Both the position numbers and the translations under genes were made by a program. From Pyrinomonadaceae bacterium (GTDB taxonomy: Bacteria; Acidobacteriota; Blastocatellia; Pyrinomonadales; Pyrinomonadaceae), in the NCBI GenBank assembly GCA_046313635.1, contig JBKBYA010000003.1, positions 96,001-160,000 on the forward strand: a stretch of DNA of 64,000 nucleotides, in the 5' to 3' direction. Below are positions 32,828 through 42,690 of the stretch, in pieces. The notes beneath the pieces were generated by a model. That model made no database searches, was not told the DNA's origin, and saw nothing but the letters and a program-made list of their open reading frames with translations. Within the stretch, counting starts at the first letter, position 1, and the number at the start of each line of letters is the position of its first letter.

Positions 32828-34030
32828 TCAGTCGCTAATGATGACAGTTTCGGTAGGCGATTTCAATTCATACGTGATGCCGCGCCACGTCATCCGCCGC
32901 GAGACGAGGGCCGCGAAAGCGTTGAGGAGAAACAGCGGCGGCGAGAGCAGCCAGAGCGTGTTCTGCGTCAGGTTTTGGACCCGCAGCTCGCGTTCGCAGC
33001 GGCCGCCGAGGACGAGCTTGACGGCCGCGAGCCGCAGCCAGGACTTGCCGATGCTTAAGACCGAAACGGCCCCGAGCGTCGCAAGCGAAACAATGACGGC
33101 CGCGTCATTCCTGCGGCTAAGGAGCACGATCGCAAGTGCCGCGATCATGACGAAGGTAAAAAGGCCCGAGCCGAAGAACGACAGACCCCACAGCTGCGGC
33201 GCATAGACGCGTGTGATCTTCATCTGCCGCGTCGTGAATTCGAGCGTCTCGGCAAACGTGCAGTCTTCGACGGTCGCGGTTAAGGCCTGCGGCACAAACC
33301 TGATCGCGAGATCCGCATCCTTCATCGCCCGCGTGACGGCAAAGTCGTCTGACAGCGTCCCGCGCCAACGCTCACGCATACCGACCTTCTCAAAAACGTC
33401 GCGGCGGATCGCCATCGAGCCGCCCCAGCAGAAGTTCGATCTGAGATTGGGGCCGAGCGCCGACGCGATCGAGGCGTTCCATACCGAGCGCATCTCTGAG
33501 CCGAACGTAGGCCGCTTTGAAATGAACCAGCGATAGCCCGTCGCCGCGCCGACCGACTCGTCCGCGAGCGGCGCGACGAGCCGCCGCAGCCAGTCGCGCT
33601 GCGGCCGCGCGTCGGAATCGGCAAAGGCAAAGACCTGCGAGCGGGCGTCAGCGTGCAGCACGGCCTCGCGCAGATTCTCGACCTTTTGGCTCATCCCGTT
33701 AGCTCGCGGAGCGACGACCAGCCTTGTCGGTACCCGCGCGCACTTGTCCAATACGTCCCGTATGATCGGGACGGCCGCGTCATTCTTGTCGTCGACGACG
33801 AAGATCACTTCGAAAGACGGATACTCCTGCTCGAGCAGCATCGCCAGATTGTCTGCCAGACCGTCGTCCAGCCCGCGACACGGAACGATCACCGTCGCAA
33901 ACGGCGCGTATTCGCCCGCCGGCCTTGCAAGCTCCTCGCGAAAATATCGCAAATACTCGATGCCGCCGCGAAACGACTTGCAGCTGAACCAAACCAACAC
34001 CGCCGCGAGAATGTAAAAGACGTAAAGCAC
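32828..34030 (-). CDS. GT2/GT21-like glycosyltransferase (ceramide glucosyltransferase-like)
   Basis: VPCRG, KVENL, DSD, GGSMA, SDD, RQMKI. Confidence 0.85.
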   Translation of the reverse strand: MLYVFYILAAVLVWFSCKSFRGGIEYLRYFREELARPAGEYAPFATVIVPCRGLDDGLADNLAMLLEQEYPSFEVIFVVDDKNDAAVPIIRDVLDKCARVPTRLVVAPRANGMSQKVENLREAVLHADARSQVFAFADSDARPQRDWLRRLVAPLADESVGAATGYRWFISKRPTFGSEMRSVWNASIASALGPNLRSNFCWGGSMAIRRDVFEKVGMRERWRGTLSDDFAVTRAMKDADLAIRFVPQALTATVEDCTFAETLEFTTRQMKITRVYAPQLWGLSFFGSGLFTFVMIAALAIVLLSRRNDAAVIVSLATLGAVSVLSIGKSWLRLAAVKLVLGGRCERELRVQNLTQNTLWLLSPPLFLLNAFAALVSRRMTWRGITYELKSPTETVIISD

Positions 34031-34060
34031 GTTATCGAAGGCTGATTAATAATTGATCAA

Positions 34061-35350
34061 TTAATAATTAGTAATTAATTGTCGATCGAGAGCGTTGACG
34101 GCGCGCTCCGTCGCTCCGCGGTTGCTGTCGATCGCCTCGAGAGCCGCGCGGCCGAGGCGGTCTCGCAGGTCGCGGTCGAGAGCGAGATCGGTGAAGGCTT
34201 CGTACAGGCGCTCGACGTACTCGTCGTCCGACCGCTGCGGCGGGATCTGGATCGCCGCCTCGCGTCTCAAGAATTCTTTCATCACCGCCGCGAAGTTGTG
34301 CGTGTGCGGGCCGGTCACGATCGCTTTGCCGGCGGCGGCGGGCTCGAGCACGCTTTGGCCGCCGTGCGGGATGAGCGATCCGCCGACAAAGACGATATCG
34401 GCGAGCGGATAGACCGCGCGCAGCTCGCCTATCGAGTCGAGCAATATCACTTTTGCCGACGAGTCGCGCTGACTCTCGACGTGGGAGCGGCGGGCCGGAT
34501 CGAACCCGAATTCGCCGATCAGCTTTGCGACCGCGTCGAATCGCTGCGGATGGCGCGGCACGATCATCAGCCGGTATTCAATATCGACGTCCTTGAGCGC
34601 CTCGAGTATCAGCCGCTCCTCGGGAGCGTGCGTGCTGGCGGCGACGATGAGCAGCGGAGAGCCTTTCAGATCAAACCGCCAGCGAAAGTACTCGGTCGTC
34701 TCGCTGCCGGCGATCGATCCGATCTCGAACTTCAAATTCCCCGTGACGTCGAGCTTTGAAGATCCGAGGCCGAGAGCCGAGATGCGGCCCGCGTCCGTCT
34801 CGTCCTGCATCAGCGCGAGGTCGACGTCGCGCAGCACCCTTTCGATAAATCCTCGGACGAACGAGTAGCGGCGGTAAGAGCGCTCGGAAAGTCGGCCGTT
34901 GACGATCGCGACCTTTGCTCCGCTTAGCTTTGCCTCGTGGATGAACCGCGGCCAGATCTCGGTCTCCATCAGCAGCACGACCGCGGGCTGGTACTGGCGC
35001 AGCGCGCGGCGGACCGAGAACTTCCAGTCGAAAGGGAAATAGACGACCGCGTCGGCCTCACCCTTGAAGATCTCTTGCGCGAGCTTTTGTCCGGTTGCGG
35101 TCGTCGTCGATATGACGAGGCGGTGGCCGGGAAAGCGCTCGCGGATCGCCTTGACGAGCGGACGCGCGGCATTTGCCTCACCGACCGAGACCGCGTGCAG
35201 CCAGATGACCGGACGATCGTCTGACCCGAATTTTGGATATTTGCCGAGACGCTGCGCAAAACCCGCCGCGTACTTTTCGCGCCGCAGCAGAAACAGCGGC
35301 AGCATCAGTACGAAGGCGATCGTGTAGAGAAGGCTGTAGAGCGGGAACAT
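34061..35350 (-). CDS. waaA: Kdo transferase
   Basis: WLHAVSVGE, ETEIWP, TGNLKF, ASTH, PRHPQRF, GGSL..HGGQS.LEP. Confidence 0.93.
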   Translation of the reverse strand: MFPLYSLLYTIAFVLMLPLFLLRREKYAAGFAQRLGKYPKFGSDDRPVIWLHAVSVGEANAARPLVKAIRERFPGHRLVISTTTATGQKLAQEIFKGEADAVVYFPFDWKFSVRRALRQYQPAVVLLMETEIWPRFIHEAKLSGAKVAIVNGRLSERSYRRYSFVRGFIERVLRDVDLALMQDETDAGRISALGLGSSKLDVTGNLKFEIGSIAGSETTEYFRWRFDLKGSPLLIVAASTHAPEERLILEALKDVDIEYRLMIVPRHPQRFDAVAKLIGEFGFDPARRSHVESQRDSSAKVILLDSIGELRAVYPLADIVFVGGSLIPHGGQSVLEPAAAGKAIVTGPHTHNFAAVMKEFLRREAAIQIPPQRSDDEYVERLYEAFTDLALDRDLRDRLGRAALEAIDSNRGATERAVNALDRQLITNY

Positions 35351-35379
35351 CCGCGGGGAAGTTTACCGGAAGTCGGAGC

Positions 35380-35501
35380 GAGTTGCAGAGGTACGGAGTT
35401 GCGAAGTTGCGGAGTTGCGAAGTTACGAATTTACAGAGTTACTGAACGACGCACTTCCTGTAACTTCGCAACTTCGCAACTATTCGCAACTATTCGCAAC
35501 T
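35380..35501. repeat. Inverted array of 8-9-nt units (AGTTGCGA / TCGCAACT)
   Basis: gagttgcgaagttgcggagttgcgaagttacga … taacttcgcaacttcgcaactattcgcaactattcgcaact. Confidence 0.85.
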
Positions 35502-36065
35502 TTACTTCACGCGTTCGATATAACGCGCCTCCGAGGGGTTGACGCGTATGCGTTCGCCTTCGACGACGAAGGGCGGCACCGAGATCGTGACGCCGTTCTC
35601 GAGCGTCGCCGGCTTGTTCGAGTTGGAGACGGTAGCGCCCTTCATCACGGGCTCGGTCTGCGTGACCGTCAACTCCATCGAAGCCGGAAGCTGAACGCCG
35701 ATCGGCGTGCCGTTGTAAAACTCGACCTCGATCTTGAGCCCCGGCATCAGCCACTGCGCGGCGTCGCCGAGCTCCTCCTCGGTGAGCGCGATCTGCTCGT
35801 AATTTTCCGAGTTCATAAAGTGATGATGCGAGCCGTCCGAATAGAGATATTCCATCTCATGCTGCTCGAGCCGTACGACCTCGAGCGTGTCGGCCGAACG
35901 AAACCGGTGCTCGAACGAATTGCCCGTCAGCAGATTTCGAAGCCGCGTCTGCACCATCGCGCGCAGATTGCCGGGCGTGTGATGGCGAAACTCCATCACC
36001 TTTGCCGGCGTGCCCTCAAAGAGGATCACCATTCCTTTTCTAATATCGTTAGCCTGGATTGCCAT
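35502..36065 (-). CDS. efp: Elongation factor P
   Basis: [25 protein letters not shown]. Confidence 0.93.
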   Translation of the reverse strand: MAIQANDIRKGMVILFEGTPAKVMEFRHHTPGNLRAMVQTRLRNLLTGNSFEHRFRSADTLEVVRLEQHEMEYLYSDGSHHHFMNSENYEQIALTEEELGDAAQWLMPGLKIEVEFYNGTPIGVQLPASMELTVTQTEPVMKGATVSNSNKPATLENGVTISVPPFVVEGERIRVNPSEARYIERVK

Positions 36066-36219
36066 AAATGTTGTTCAGATCTCCACTGTTTGAAAAAGAC
36101 GTCAAAAATCAAAAGCCGTAGTTTATGGATTGGCCAGAGCGAGCGCAAGCGGCTGTCCGGCCTGCGCATGCCGCAGCTCGCGGCGCGGTCACCCGTGCGG
36201 TGCGACCGGGCCTGCCGAT

Positions 36220-36753
36220 CTAGTTCTTTTTGAAGGGCAGCGGAGGCGGCTCTTCGCCCTCGGCGGGCGGCGTCTTGCCGAGTGTGCCGTAGATCGAGAC
36301 GATCTGCTCGATCCAATTCTTCGCTTCGGAATTTTCCGGATCGTACTTTACGGCCTTGCGGTAATCGCCGAGAGCCGAGGCGTACTGCCGAGCGTCGGTG
36401 AGCGCGACCGCCCGCTTTGTGTAGGCCTCGCTGAGTGCCTTTTTAGCGGCCGGGTCGGCGGGTTTCGCTTTCAGCTCTTTTTCGGCGGCGGCGATGGCGG
36501 CGTCAAAGTCTTTGGTGTCGATCGGGTCGCCGCTCTGCGTCCATTTACCTTTTGGCCCGTCGGCCGGGACCGACGTGGACGGCCGCTGGTTCTCGCTCGA
36601 ATGCGCGATCACGGTCTCGGACCGCTGCGTACGGTCGGCGGCGTTGGTCGTCGCGGCGGCGTTTGAATTTGCGACCGGCGCGGCGGCGTTGCCGCATGCC
36701 GAATACAAAAGCGCCGCCGAGCCCGCGGCCAGGATCAGTATTGAGTTTTTCAT
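36220..36753 (-). CDS. TPR-containing lipoprotein
   Basis: YSAC lipobox; YASALGDYRKAVKYDP. Confidence 0.8.
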   Translation of the reverse strand: MKNSILILAAGSAALLYSACGNAAAPVANSNAAATTNAADRTQRSETVIAHSSENQRPSTSVPADGPKGKWTQSGDPIDTKDFDAAIAAAEKELKAKPADPAAKKALSEAYTKRAVALTDARQYASALGDYRKAVKYDPENSEAKNWIEQIVSIYGTLGKTPPAEGEEPPPLPFKKN

Positions 36754-36757
36754 ATAT

Positions 36758-38710
36758 CTATCGCTTGTCGATGTACGGCCGCGATTGAACGATGTAAATG
36801 CGGCCGTTCAAAATGCCCCACTCGATGTCCTGCGGCTGTTCGCCGCCAAATGCCTGTTTGATCCGTGTCGCGACGCGGGCCAGCGAACGCACTTCCGTAT
36901 CGGTGAGCACGCGGCCCTGAGCATTCGCGCACTTGTCGGCCGTCGTCCGCAGATCGCCCCTCGGATCAAAGGCGAGAGCGTTCTCCTGCTGCGAGAGCGT
37001 TTTGACGACGACCGAATTCGAATCGGTTTTGAACAGCACCTGCTCCGGAATGCCGGCGTTGTCGACGACGCGCGAGTTGTGCCCGCAGACCGCGCTGATG
37101 TAGACCGAGTCGGTCTTGCTCGCGTCAAACGGGTCGCGAGTGATCATCACGCCGCCCTTTTGCATATCGACGCCGAGCTGGATGAGGGCCGACATATAAA
37201 CGTCCGACTGGCTGACGTAATTGCGGACCCGCGCCTCGTAAGCCTCGAATTTCCAGAGCGAGCCCCAGACCTTTTTGATCGCGTCGATGAGCTTGTCGGC
37301 CTGGCGGACGTTAGCGACGGATGAGTACAGGCCCGCCCCGCTGAAGTTTGGCAGGTCCTCCGAACTCGACGAGCTCCGCACAAACACAGTCCGCCCGCGG
37401 AGCTGCACGCGCCAGCGGGTCAGGACATGAGCGCGCAGGCGAGCGTCGAACCTGCCGTTTTGAAACATCGCCCGAAGTTCCTCGAGCCTTTGCCGCCGCA
37501 CGCGCGGGTTGTGAACGAAATTGTAATCGCTCGTCATCTCGTCGATGACCTTGTCTATCCCGTTGTCGCGGACAAAGCGGTCGTACCAGTAGAAGGGGAT
37601 CGAGAAGCCGTCGGGTACGGTCATCCCCGGTATGCGGGCGTTGAGCATCTCGCCGAGATTGGCCGCCTTTGAACCATAAATGATGCTGTCGGTCCGGCGC
37701 ATCTCGCGGAGGCCCGCGAGCCGCGTCACCTTTAAATTCACCGGCGGCACCTGCTCGTCGGGCGAGGCGAATTTTTCCTTGATCTCCTCGAGCGACGCAC
37801 GCTCGAGCTTGTACGACGCCGGGCCGGCGTCGAGGCGGTAGACAAAGGTGTCGTACTCTCGCAGGAGCTTGTCGGCGTCCTTTATGTAAACGTTCGGGAT
37901 GCCCCAGCCGCGGGCGAGAATGTTGACGTGCGATAGCGGCGACGACGGCTTTGCGACGATGATGCCGCGAACGGGCGGCAGAGACATCGGCAGTTCCTTG
38001 AGCACGACGATCTCGTTGTCGCCGATCTCGACCGTGTCGTCGAGCTTGTCGATGATGTGTATGCGCCCGACGGCCGAGCCTGTATTGAGCGGCAGGTACT
38101 CCTGATTCTTATTGATCTCGCTCTGCGAGACGCGGTCGATCTTGAGCGCGGCGGAGACGTCGTCCTGCCTGCTCGAATTTGGTTTGTAGGCGACCGGAGC
38201 AAAGAAAGTGCGGTTGATCAGCTCATGAGCCAGCCGGATGTGCTCGGCTGTGGCGAGGTCGCCCTCCCACATCTCCCACGTAAATCGTTCGACCGGCTTT
38301 TGCCAGGCGATCGTGCCGACGATGAAGCGCCGGTCCTCGTCTATGTAGATCGGTTTGAAAACATCGGCGCCGCGCGGGACGAGATAATTCGCCAGCAGGA
38401 AGTCCTTGTGAAAGCGGTACCGGTTAGTGTCGACGTAGTAGATCTTGTCTCGGGCCGCACGGTCGATCACGAACATTACGTGCGGCAGAGCGTACGGCAC
38501 GCCGTCGGAATAGACGCGTGCGAGAGCGTCAAATTCGCTTCGCGACCCGACACGTTCCCGAGCGATCTGCGGCGCGTCGGGCCGCGCGTCGGTGCCGGCT
38601 CGGGCCGGTTGTCCGGCGATGTCCGCGCCCTTTGAAGGCTGCGCGCTAACGGTCGCGAATTGAAAGGCGACGGCCGCCAGGATGATCGAAAAAAGAAATG
38701 CCCGGTTCAT
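36758..38710 (-). CDS. PEP/pyruvate-binding (PPDK_N) domain protein with signal peptide
   Basis: SHVNILARGWGIP, GSKAANLG, VRSSSSSED..FSGAGLY, DIEWG…VQSRP. Confidence 0.85.
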   Translation of the reverse strand: MNRAFLFSIILAAVAFQFATVSAQPSKGADIAGQPARAGTDARPDAPQIARERVGSRSEFDALARVYSDGVPYALPHVMFVIDRAARDKIYYVDTNRYRFHKDFLLANYLVPRGADVFKPIYIDEDRRFIVGTIAWQKPVERFTWEMWEGDLATAEHIRLAHELINRTFFAPVAYKPNSSRQDDVSAALKIDRVSQSEINKNQEYLPLNTGSAVGRIHIIDKLDDTVEIGDNEIVVLKELPMSLPPVRGIIVAKPSSPLSHVNILARGWGIPNVYIKDADKLLREYDTFVYRLDAGPASYKLERASLEEIKEKFASPDEQVPPVNLKVTRLAGLREMRRTDSIIYGSKAANLGEMLNARIPGMTVPDGFSIPFYWYDRFVRDNGIDKVIDEMTSDYNFVHNPRVRRQRLEELRAMFQNGRFDARLRAHVLTRWRVQLRGRTVFVRSSSSSEDLPNFSGAGLYSSVANVRQADKLIDAIKKVWGSLWKFEAYEARVRNYVSQSDVYMSALIQLGVDMQKGGVMITRDPFDASKTDSVYISAVCGHNSRVVDNAGIPEQVLFKTDSNSVVVKTLSQQENALAFDPRGDLRTTADKCANAQGRVLTDTEVRSLARVATRIKQAFGGEQPQDIEWGILNGRIYIVQSRPYIDKR

Positions 38711-38782
38711 AGACGCGAGGTGCAAGCTTGTCCCAAAAATAAATTCTAGCCGTGCCGCCGTGAATGCAAAAGCGATGTCCGC

Positions 38783-39004
38783 TCACTCCGCCTCGCGGCC
38801 CTGCTCGTCGATCTCGCCGTGATCGAGATCATCGGCGGCGCGTTCGTCGATGCGCCGCTTCATCTGCACACGCAGCGAGAGAAAGTACGAGCACACGCCG
38901 AGCACGCCGGTGACGAACGCGATCTCGCTGTCGTCGCGGACGAGCAAATAATAAGCGGCGACCCCAAGCAGGACCGCCGCCAGGATCTGAAAAGGTGTGT
39001 GCAT
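38783..39004 (-). CDS. Small two-TM hypothetical protein
   Basis: Start overlaps the upstream stop (TGATG); two hydrophobic helices. Confidence 0.65.
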   Translation of the reverse strand: MHTPFQILAAVLLGVAAYYLLVRDDSEIAFVTGVLGVCSYFLSLRVQMKRRIDERAADDLDHGEIDEQGREAE

Positions 39005-40038
39005 CAGTCGCCGGTATCCTTGATCTCCTCGGCCGCGATCTCCGAGATCGAACGCGGTCGCGAATGTCTTCTCCAAAGGTACCTGAACGCGATAAAGCCC
39101 GGCAAACCGACAAAGACCGCAAAGGGCAGCACGCCTATGGCAAACGTCAGCAGTGCGAGGACGAAGGTCGCGGCGACATCGAGGCCGTTGTTAAAGGCGG
39201 CCCCGAGTCGCTCCGCAAAGCCGGTCGACGCCGCCGCTGCGGCGATCACGCGCGGCGTCTGCACGCGAAGCTTGATGGTCGAGAGCGACGATTGATTCTC
39301 GAGAAATCGTTTGCGGCCCTCGATGCGTTCGATCTCGCCGCGGACATCGGCGAGCTGGCTCTGTACGTCGAGGGCCGAGTCGATGGTCGTCGCTCGTTTC
39401 ATGATCTCCATGAACTGCGCCTCGAGCCCCTTTTTGGCCTTGAGCTGCGCCTCGATGTCGATGAACTCCTCGGTCACGTCCTGGCCTTTAACGGTCTCGG
39501 TGACGACGCGGTCGGCCACGCCGCGGATCTCGTCGAGCGTCTGCCCGAATTTGTCCGACGGCACGCGCAGCGTCATCGTCACGACGTCGCGCGACTTTGA
39601 CTTAATATCGCTCGTATTCTGCTGCGACTCGACGACAAAGCCGCCGTTGCTCTCGGCGATCGAGGTGATGCGCCGCTGGGCCTCCTCGGGCGACGCGGCC
39701 TCGAGATCGAGGTCGGCGTTACGGACGACCTTGCGATCAAAGGTGTACTCAGAATCGTGGACTTCCTCGGCCTTGGTCAGATTGGCCTTGCGGACGACCG
39801 ACTGGCCGACCGTCTCGCGTCTCGGCCGCTGGGCACCGGCCGCCGTGGTCGAGGTCACTGAAGTGTTGGCATTGGCCGCAAAGGCGGCCGGCGATGCGTC
39901 GGCGACCTCGGCTGTTCGGGGGTAGCTCGCCCAACTGGCGGACGAGTTTGAAGCGGCGTTGGAAGCCCGCTCGGTGCTCCCGCAGGCGGCCGCCAGCGCG
40001 GCGATGGAAAGGATAAAGAAGATCCCGATCTTTCTCAT
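39004..40038 (-). CDS. DUF4349 lipoprotein
   Basis: AAAC lipobox; RKVVRNADL, GGFV, LRVP, DVTEEFID. Confidence 0.88.
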   Translation of the reverse strand: MRKIGIFFILSIAALAAACGSTERASNAASNSSASWASYPRTAEVADASPAAFAANANTSVTSTTAAGAQRPRRETVGQSVVRKANLTKAEEVHDSEYTFDRKVVRNADLDLEAASPEEAQRRITSIAESNGGFVVESQQNTSDIKSKSRDVVTMTLRVPSDKFGQTLDEIRGVADRVVTETVKGQDVTEEFIDIEAQLKAKKGLEAQFMEIMKRATTIDSALDVQSQLADVRGEIERIEGRKRFLENQSSLSTIKLRVQTPRVIAAAAASTGFAERLGAAFNNGLDVAATFVLALLTFAIGVLPFAVFVGLPGFIAFRYLWRRHSRPRSISEIAAEEIKDTGD

Positions 40039-40085
40039 GTTCGTTCCTCCTGAAGTTTGTACTTCGGCGGAGAGAACGAACGCGG

Positions 40086-40712
40086 TCAGCCTGCCTTGCG
40101 GGCTATTTCGCGAAAACTTTCCCCGCGTAAAAGTGCCGCGGCTCCGCGGAAAAGCCGGCGGACGGCGCGATAGACCTTTGGAAAGGACCAGAGAAAAAAG
40201 ATCACGAAAAGCAAAAGGATGACGACGATCAACGCCGGGGCGACAACGGCGATCACGGTGCCGGCGATGGCGATGACGTCCTCGACGAGCGAGAGTATCC
40301 AGTTAGAGACCGGCTCCGGCGAGACGTTGGCCGCGACGCGTGCCGCCGCCTTCGTACCGTGCGACGAGAAGGCAAGCCCGCCGCCTACCAGCGCGGCCGG
40401 GATGTAGATGCTCGCGTCAAGATCATTCGTCGCCGCATAAGCCACGACGACGCCGGCCGGCACGCGGATGAAGGTATGAATCACGTCCCAGACGCTGTCG
40501 ACGTAAGGCACCTTGTCGGCAAAGAATTCGACCGTGTAGAGAAATGCAGCGACGCCGATGATCCACCAGTTATCGAGAATATCCAGGCCACCGGGTAATT
40601 TGACGCCCGCAAGTTTTTGCAGCAGGCCGAGAACGGTCACCGTCGCGTAAAGATTGATCCCGCTCGTCCAGGCCGAGCCGAGAGCAAGCGATAGTGTGGC
40701 GAACCAGTCCAT
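40086..40712 (-). CDS. DUF4126 membrane protein
   Basis: SGINLYAT, EFFADKVPYVDSVWD, SLVED. Confidence 0.88.
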   Translation of the reverse strand: MDWFATLSLALGSAWTSGINLYATVTVLGLLQKLAGVKLPGGLDILDNWWIIGVAAFLYTVEFFADKVPYVDSVWDVIHTFIRVPAGVVVAYAATNDLDASIYIPAALVGGGLAFSSHGTKAAARVAANVSPEPVSNWILSLVEDVIAIAGTVIAVVAPALIVVILLLFVIFFLWSFPKVYRAVRRLFRGAAALLRGESFREIARKAG

Positions 40713-40718
40713 AGGAAA

Positions 40719-40795
40719 AGTGACGAGTGACGAGTGACAAGTGACGAGTGACGAGTGACAAGTATACAGGAAGTGACTAGTGACTAGTGACGAGT
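40719..40795. repeat. Heptamer array (AGTGACG/AGTGACA/AGTGACT), about 9 units
   Basis: Tandem units read directly. Confidence 0.92.
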
Positions 40796-41178
40796 CGACT
40801 GCGGTCCGTTCGATGCCTTTTCACCGAGTGCTCGGCGGAGCGAATTGAGCATCTTCCGTATTTCATCCATCAGCGCAAAAGTTTCAGTTGTTTGTTCGTC
40901 GGGCAAATATCGTAGCTCGATCGAAATGGTGAACTGCGTTCCGAGTTCGGCAAGTGACCCTTCCGCATTCGAAATGAAACGAATAAAGTCAGGTGTCGTT
41001 CGTCGTGCCTGTCCTTCAGCTATATTCGAAGGGATCGACACGGCGGCTCGCCGCATTTGAGACACGAGACCGAATTTTTCTTCGCCAGGAAACGCGGCGG
41101 TCAGCAAGTAGACGCGTTTTACGAGAGCGATGCTCATTGCCAAACGATCAGATCGCGATAGCCGGCCGCCTTTTCCAT
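40784..41178 (-). pseudogene. Four-helix-bundle protein (23S rRNA IVP-like), frameshifted near codon 14
   Basis: GGAGG RBS then MEKAAGYRDLIVWQ*; frame change to MSIALVKRVY…FPGEEKFGLVSQMRRAAVSIPSNIAEG…GSLAELGTQ. Confidence 0.82.
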
Positions 41179-41200
41179 CCCAAGCCTCCTGCCTTTCTCT

Positions 41201-41249
41201 CGTCACTGGCCCCTTGTCACTCGTCACTCGTCACTTGTCCCTCGTCACT
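41201..41249. repeat. Heptamer array (CGTCACT/TGTCACT) x7, inverted relative to 40719..40795
   Basis: Tandem units read directly. Confidence 0.9.
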
Positions 41250-42599
41250 CCCATCGGCTCGTTTAATACCAAACTTCTCGAGCCTGTACTGCAGCGTCCG
41301 AAACGTCAAACCGAGCAGCTTCGCCGCTTTCGTGATGTTGTTGTCGGTACGCTCCATGGCCTGGAGGATCAGGCTGCGTTCGACGTCCTCGAAGTTCACG
41401 CCTTCGGCCGGCAGCTTAAAGTTGTCGCCGAGCGCATTGCCGCCGGATGCCGACGACGCGGGGGACGAACCTCGCTGTGTCATCTCGGGCGGCAGATCGT
41501 CGAGCGTGATCGTGTCGTTCTCGCAGAGCAGGATCGCGCGTTCGAGAGCGGACTCGAGCTGACGGACGTTGCCGGGATAGTGGTAGTCCTCGAGCAGGCC
41601 GCGAGCCGGCGTGTCGAGCTTGATCTCGCGTGCCGAGCCGCGGGTGTGCTTTTTGATGAAGTAATCGATCAGCACGGGAATGTCGGTGCGCCGCTCGCGC
41701 AGCGGCGGCAGGTCGATCGAGAGCACGTTCAGACGATAGTAAAGGTCCTCGCGAAACCGCTGCTCCTCGGCCATCTTGAGCAGGTCGCGATTGGTCGCGG
41801 CGATGACGCGGACATCGACGGGAATGTCCTTGATGCCGCCGACGCGTCGGATCTCTTTCTCCTGCAGCGCGCGGAGCAGCTTGGCCTGGAGCGCGATGTC
41901 GAGCTCGCCGATCTCGTCGAGAAAGAGCGTGCCGTTATTCGCCACTTCAAACAGGCCTTTCTTTTCGCCGACGGCGCCGGTGAACGAGCCTTTTTCGTGA
42001 CCGAAGAGTTCCGACTCGAGCAGATTCTCGTTGATCGCGGCGCAGTTGACGGCCTGAAAGATCTCGTTCGCACGGAGGCTGTTCGTGTGGATGGCGCGTG
42101 CGATCAACTCCTTGCCGGTGCCGCTCTCACCGCGGATCAGGACGGTCGAATTCGATTTCGCGATCTTGAGGATCAGCTTTTTGACCTTGTCCATCTCGGG
42201 CGAGACCGAGACGATCTCTGCGTCGAGCGTGTTTAGCTTGTTGAGCGAGCGAGAGATCGTGTCGAGCAGCTTTTCGCGGTCGTAAGGCTTTTGCAGGTAA
42301 TCGAACGCGCCCAAACGCAGCGCGTCGACCGCCGAGTCGACCGAGCCGTGCGCAGTCAGCAGGATGACGATGATCGACTTGTCGAAATTCGTCAGCTCCC
42401 TAAGCAGGTCGAGCCCGCTCATCCCGGTCATCTTGAGATCGGTGAGGACGAGATCGAATCGACGAGCTTCGACGAATTTCATCGCCGCCTCGCCGGAACT
42501 CGCGGTCGTCACGTCGTAACCTTCGCCCGAGAGAATCGTTTCCAAAATTTCCCGCTGGTTCTTCTCGTCATCGACGACGAGGATCGCTTTTCTTGCCAT
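41217..42599 (-). CDS. Sigma-54-dependent response regulator (NtrC family)
   Basis: Receiver domain, GESGTGKE, GSFTGA, HTH. Confidence 0.95.
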   Translation of the reverse strand: MARKAILVVDDEKNQREILETILSGEGYDVTTASSGEAAMKFVEARRFDLVLTDLKMTGMSGLDLLRELTNFDKSIIVILLTAHGSVDSAVDALRLGAFDYLQKPYDREKLLDTISRSLNKLNTLDAEIVSVSPEMDKVKKLILKIAKSNSTVLIRGESGTGKELIARAIHTNSLRANEIFQAVNCAAINENLLESELFGHEKGSFTGAVGEKKGLFEVANNGTLFLDEIGELDIALQAKLLRALQEKEIRRVGGIKDIPVDVRVIAATNRDLLKMAEEQRFREDLYYRLNVLSIDLPPLRERRTDIPVLIDYFIKKHTRGSAREIKLDTPARGLLEDYHYPGNVRQLESALERAILLCENDTITLDDLPPEMTQRGSSPASSASGGNALGDNFKLPAEGVNFEDVERSLILQAMERTDNNITKAAKLLGLTFRTLQYRLEKFGIKRADGSDEGQVTSDE

Positions 42600-42606
42600 A
42601 TGTCTT

Positions 42607-42690
42607 GTGAGTGGCGAGTGACGAGTGAGGAATTTTTTCCGGATCACCGCTCGCCACTTGTCACTCGTCACTCGTCACTTCTTATCACTA
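42607..42690. repeat. Inverted heptamer pair without an internal gene: (AGTGACG)n…(CGTCACT)n
   Basis: agtggcg agtgacg agtgagg … cgccact tgtcact cgtcact cgtcact. Confidence 0.85.
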
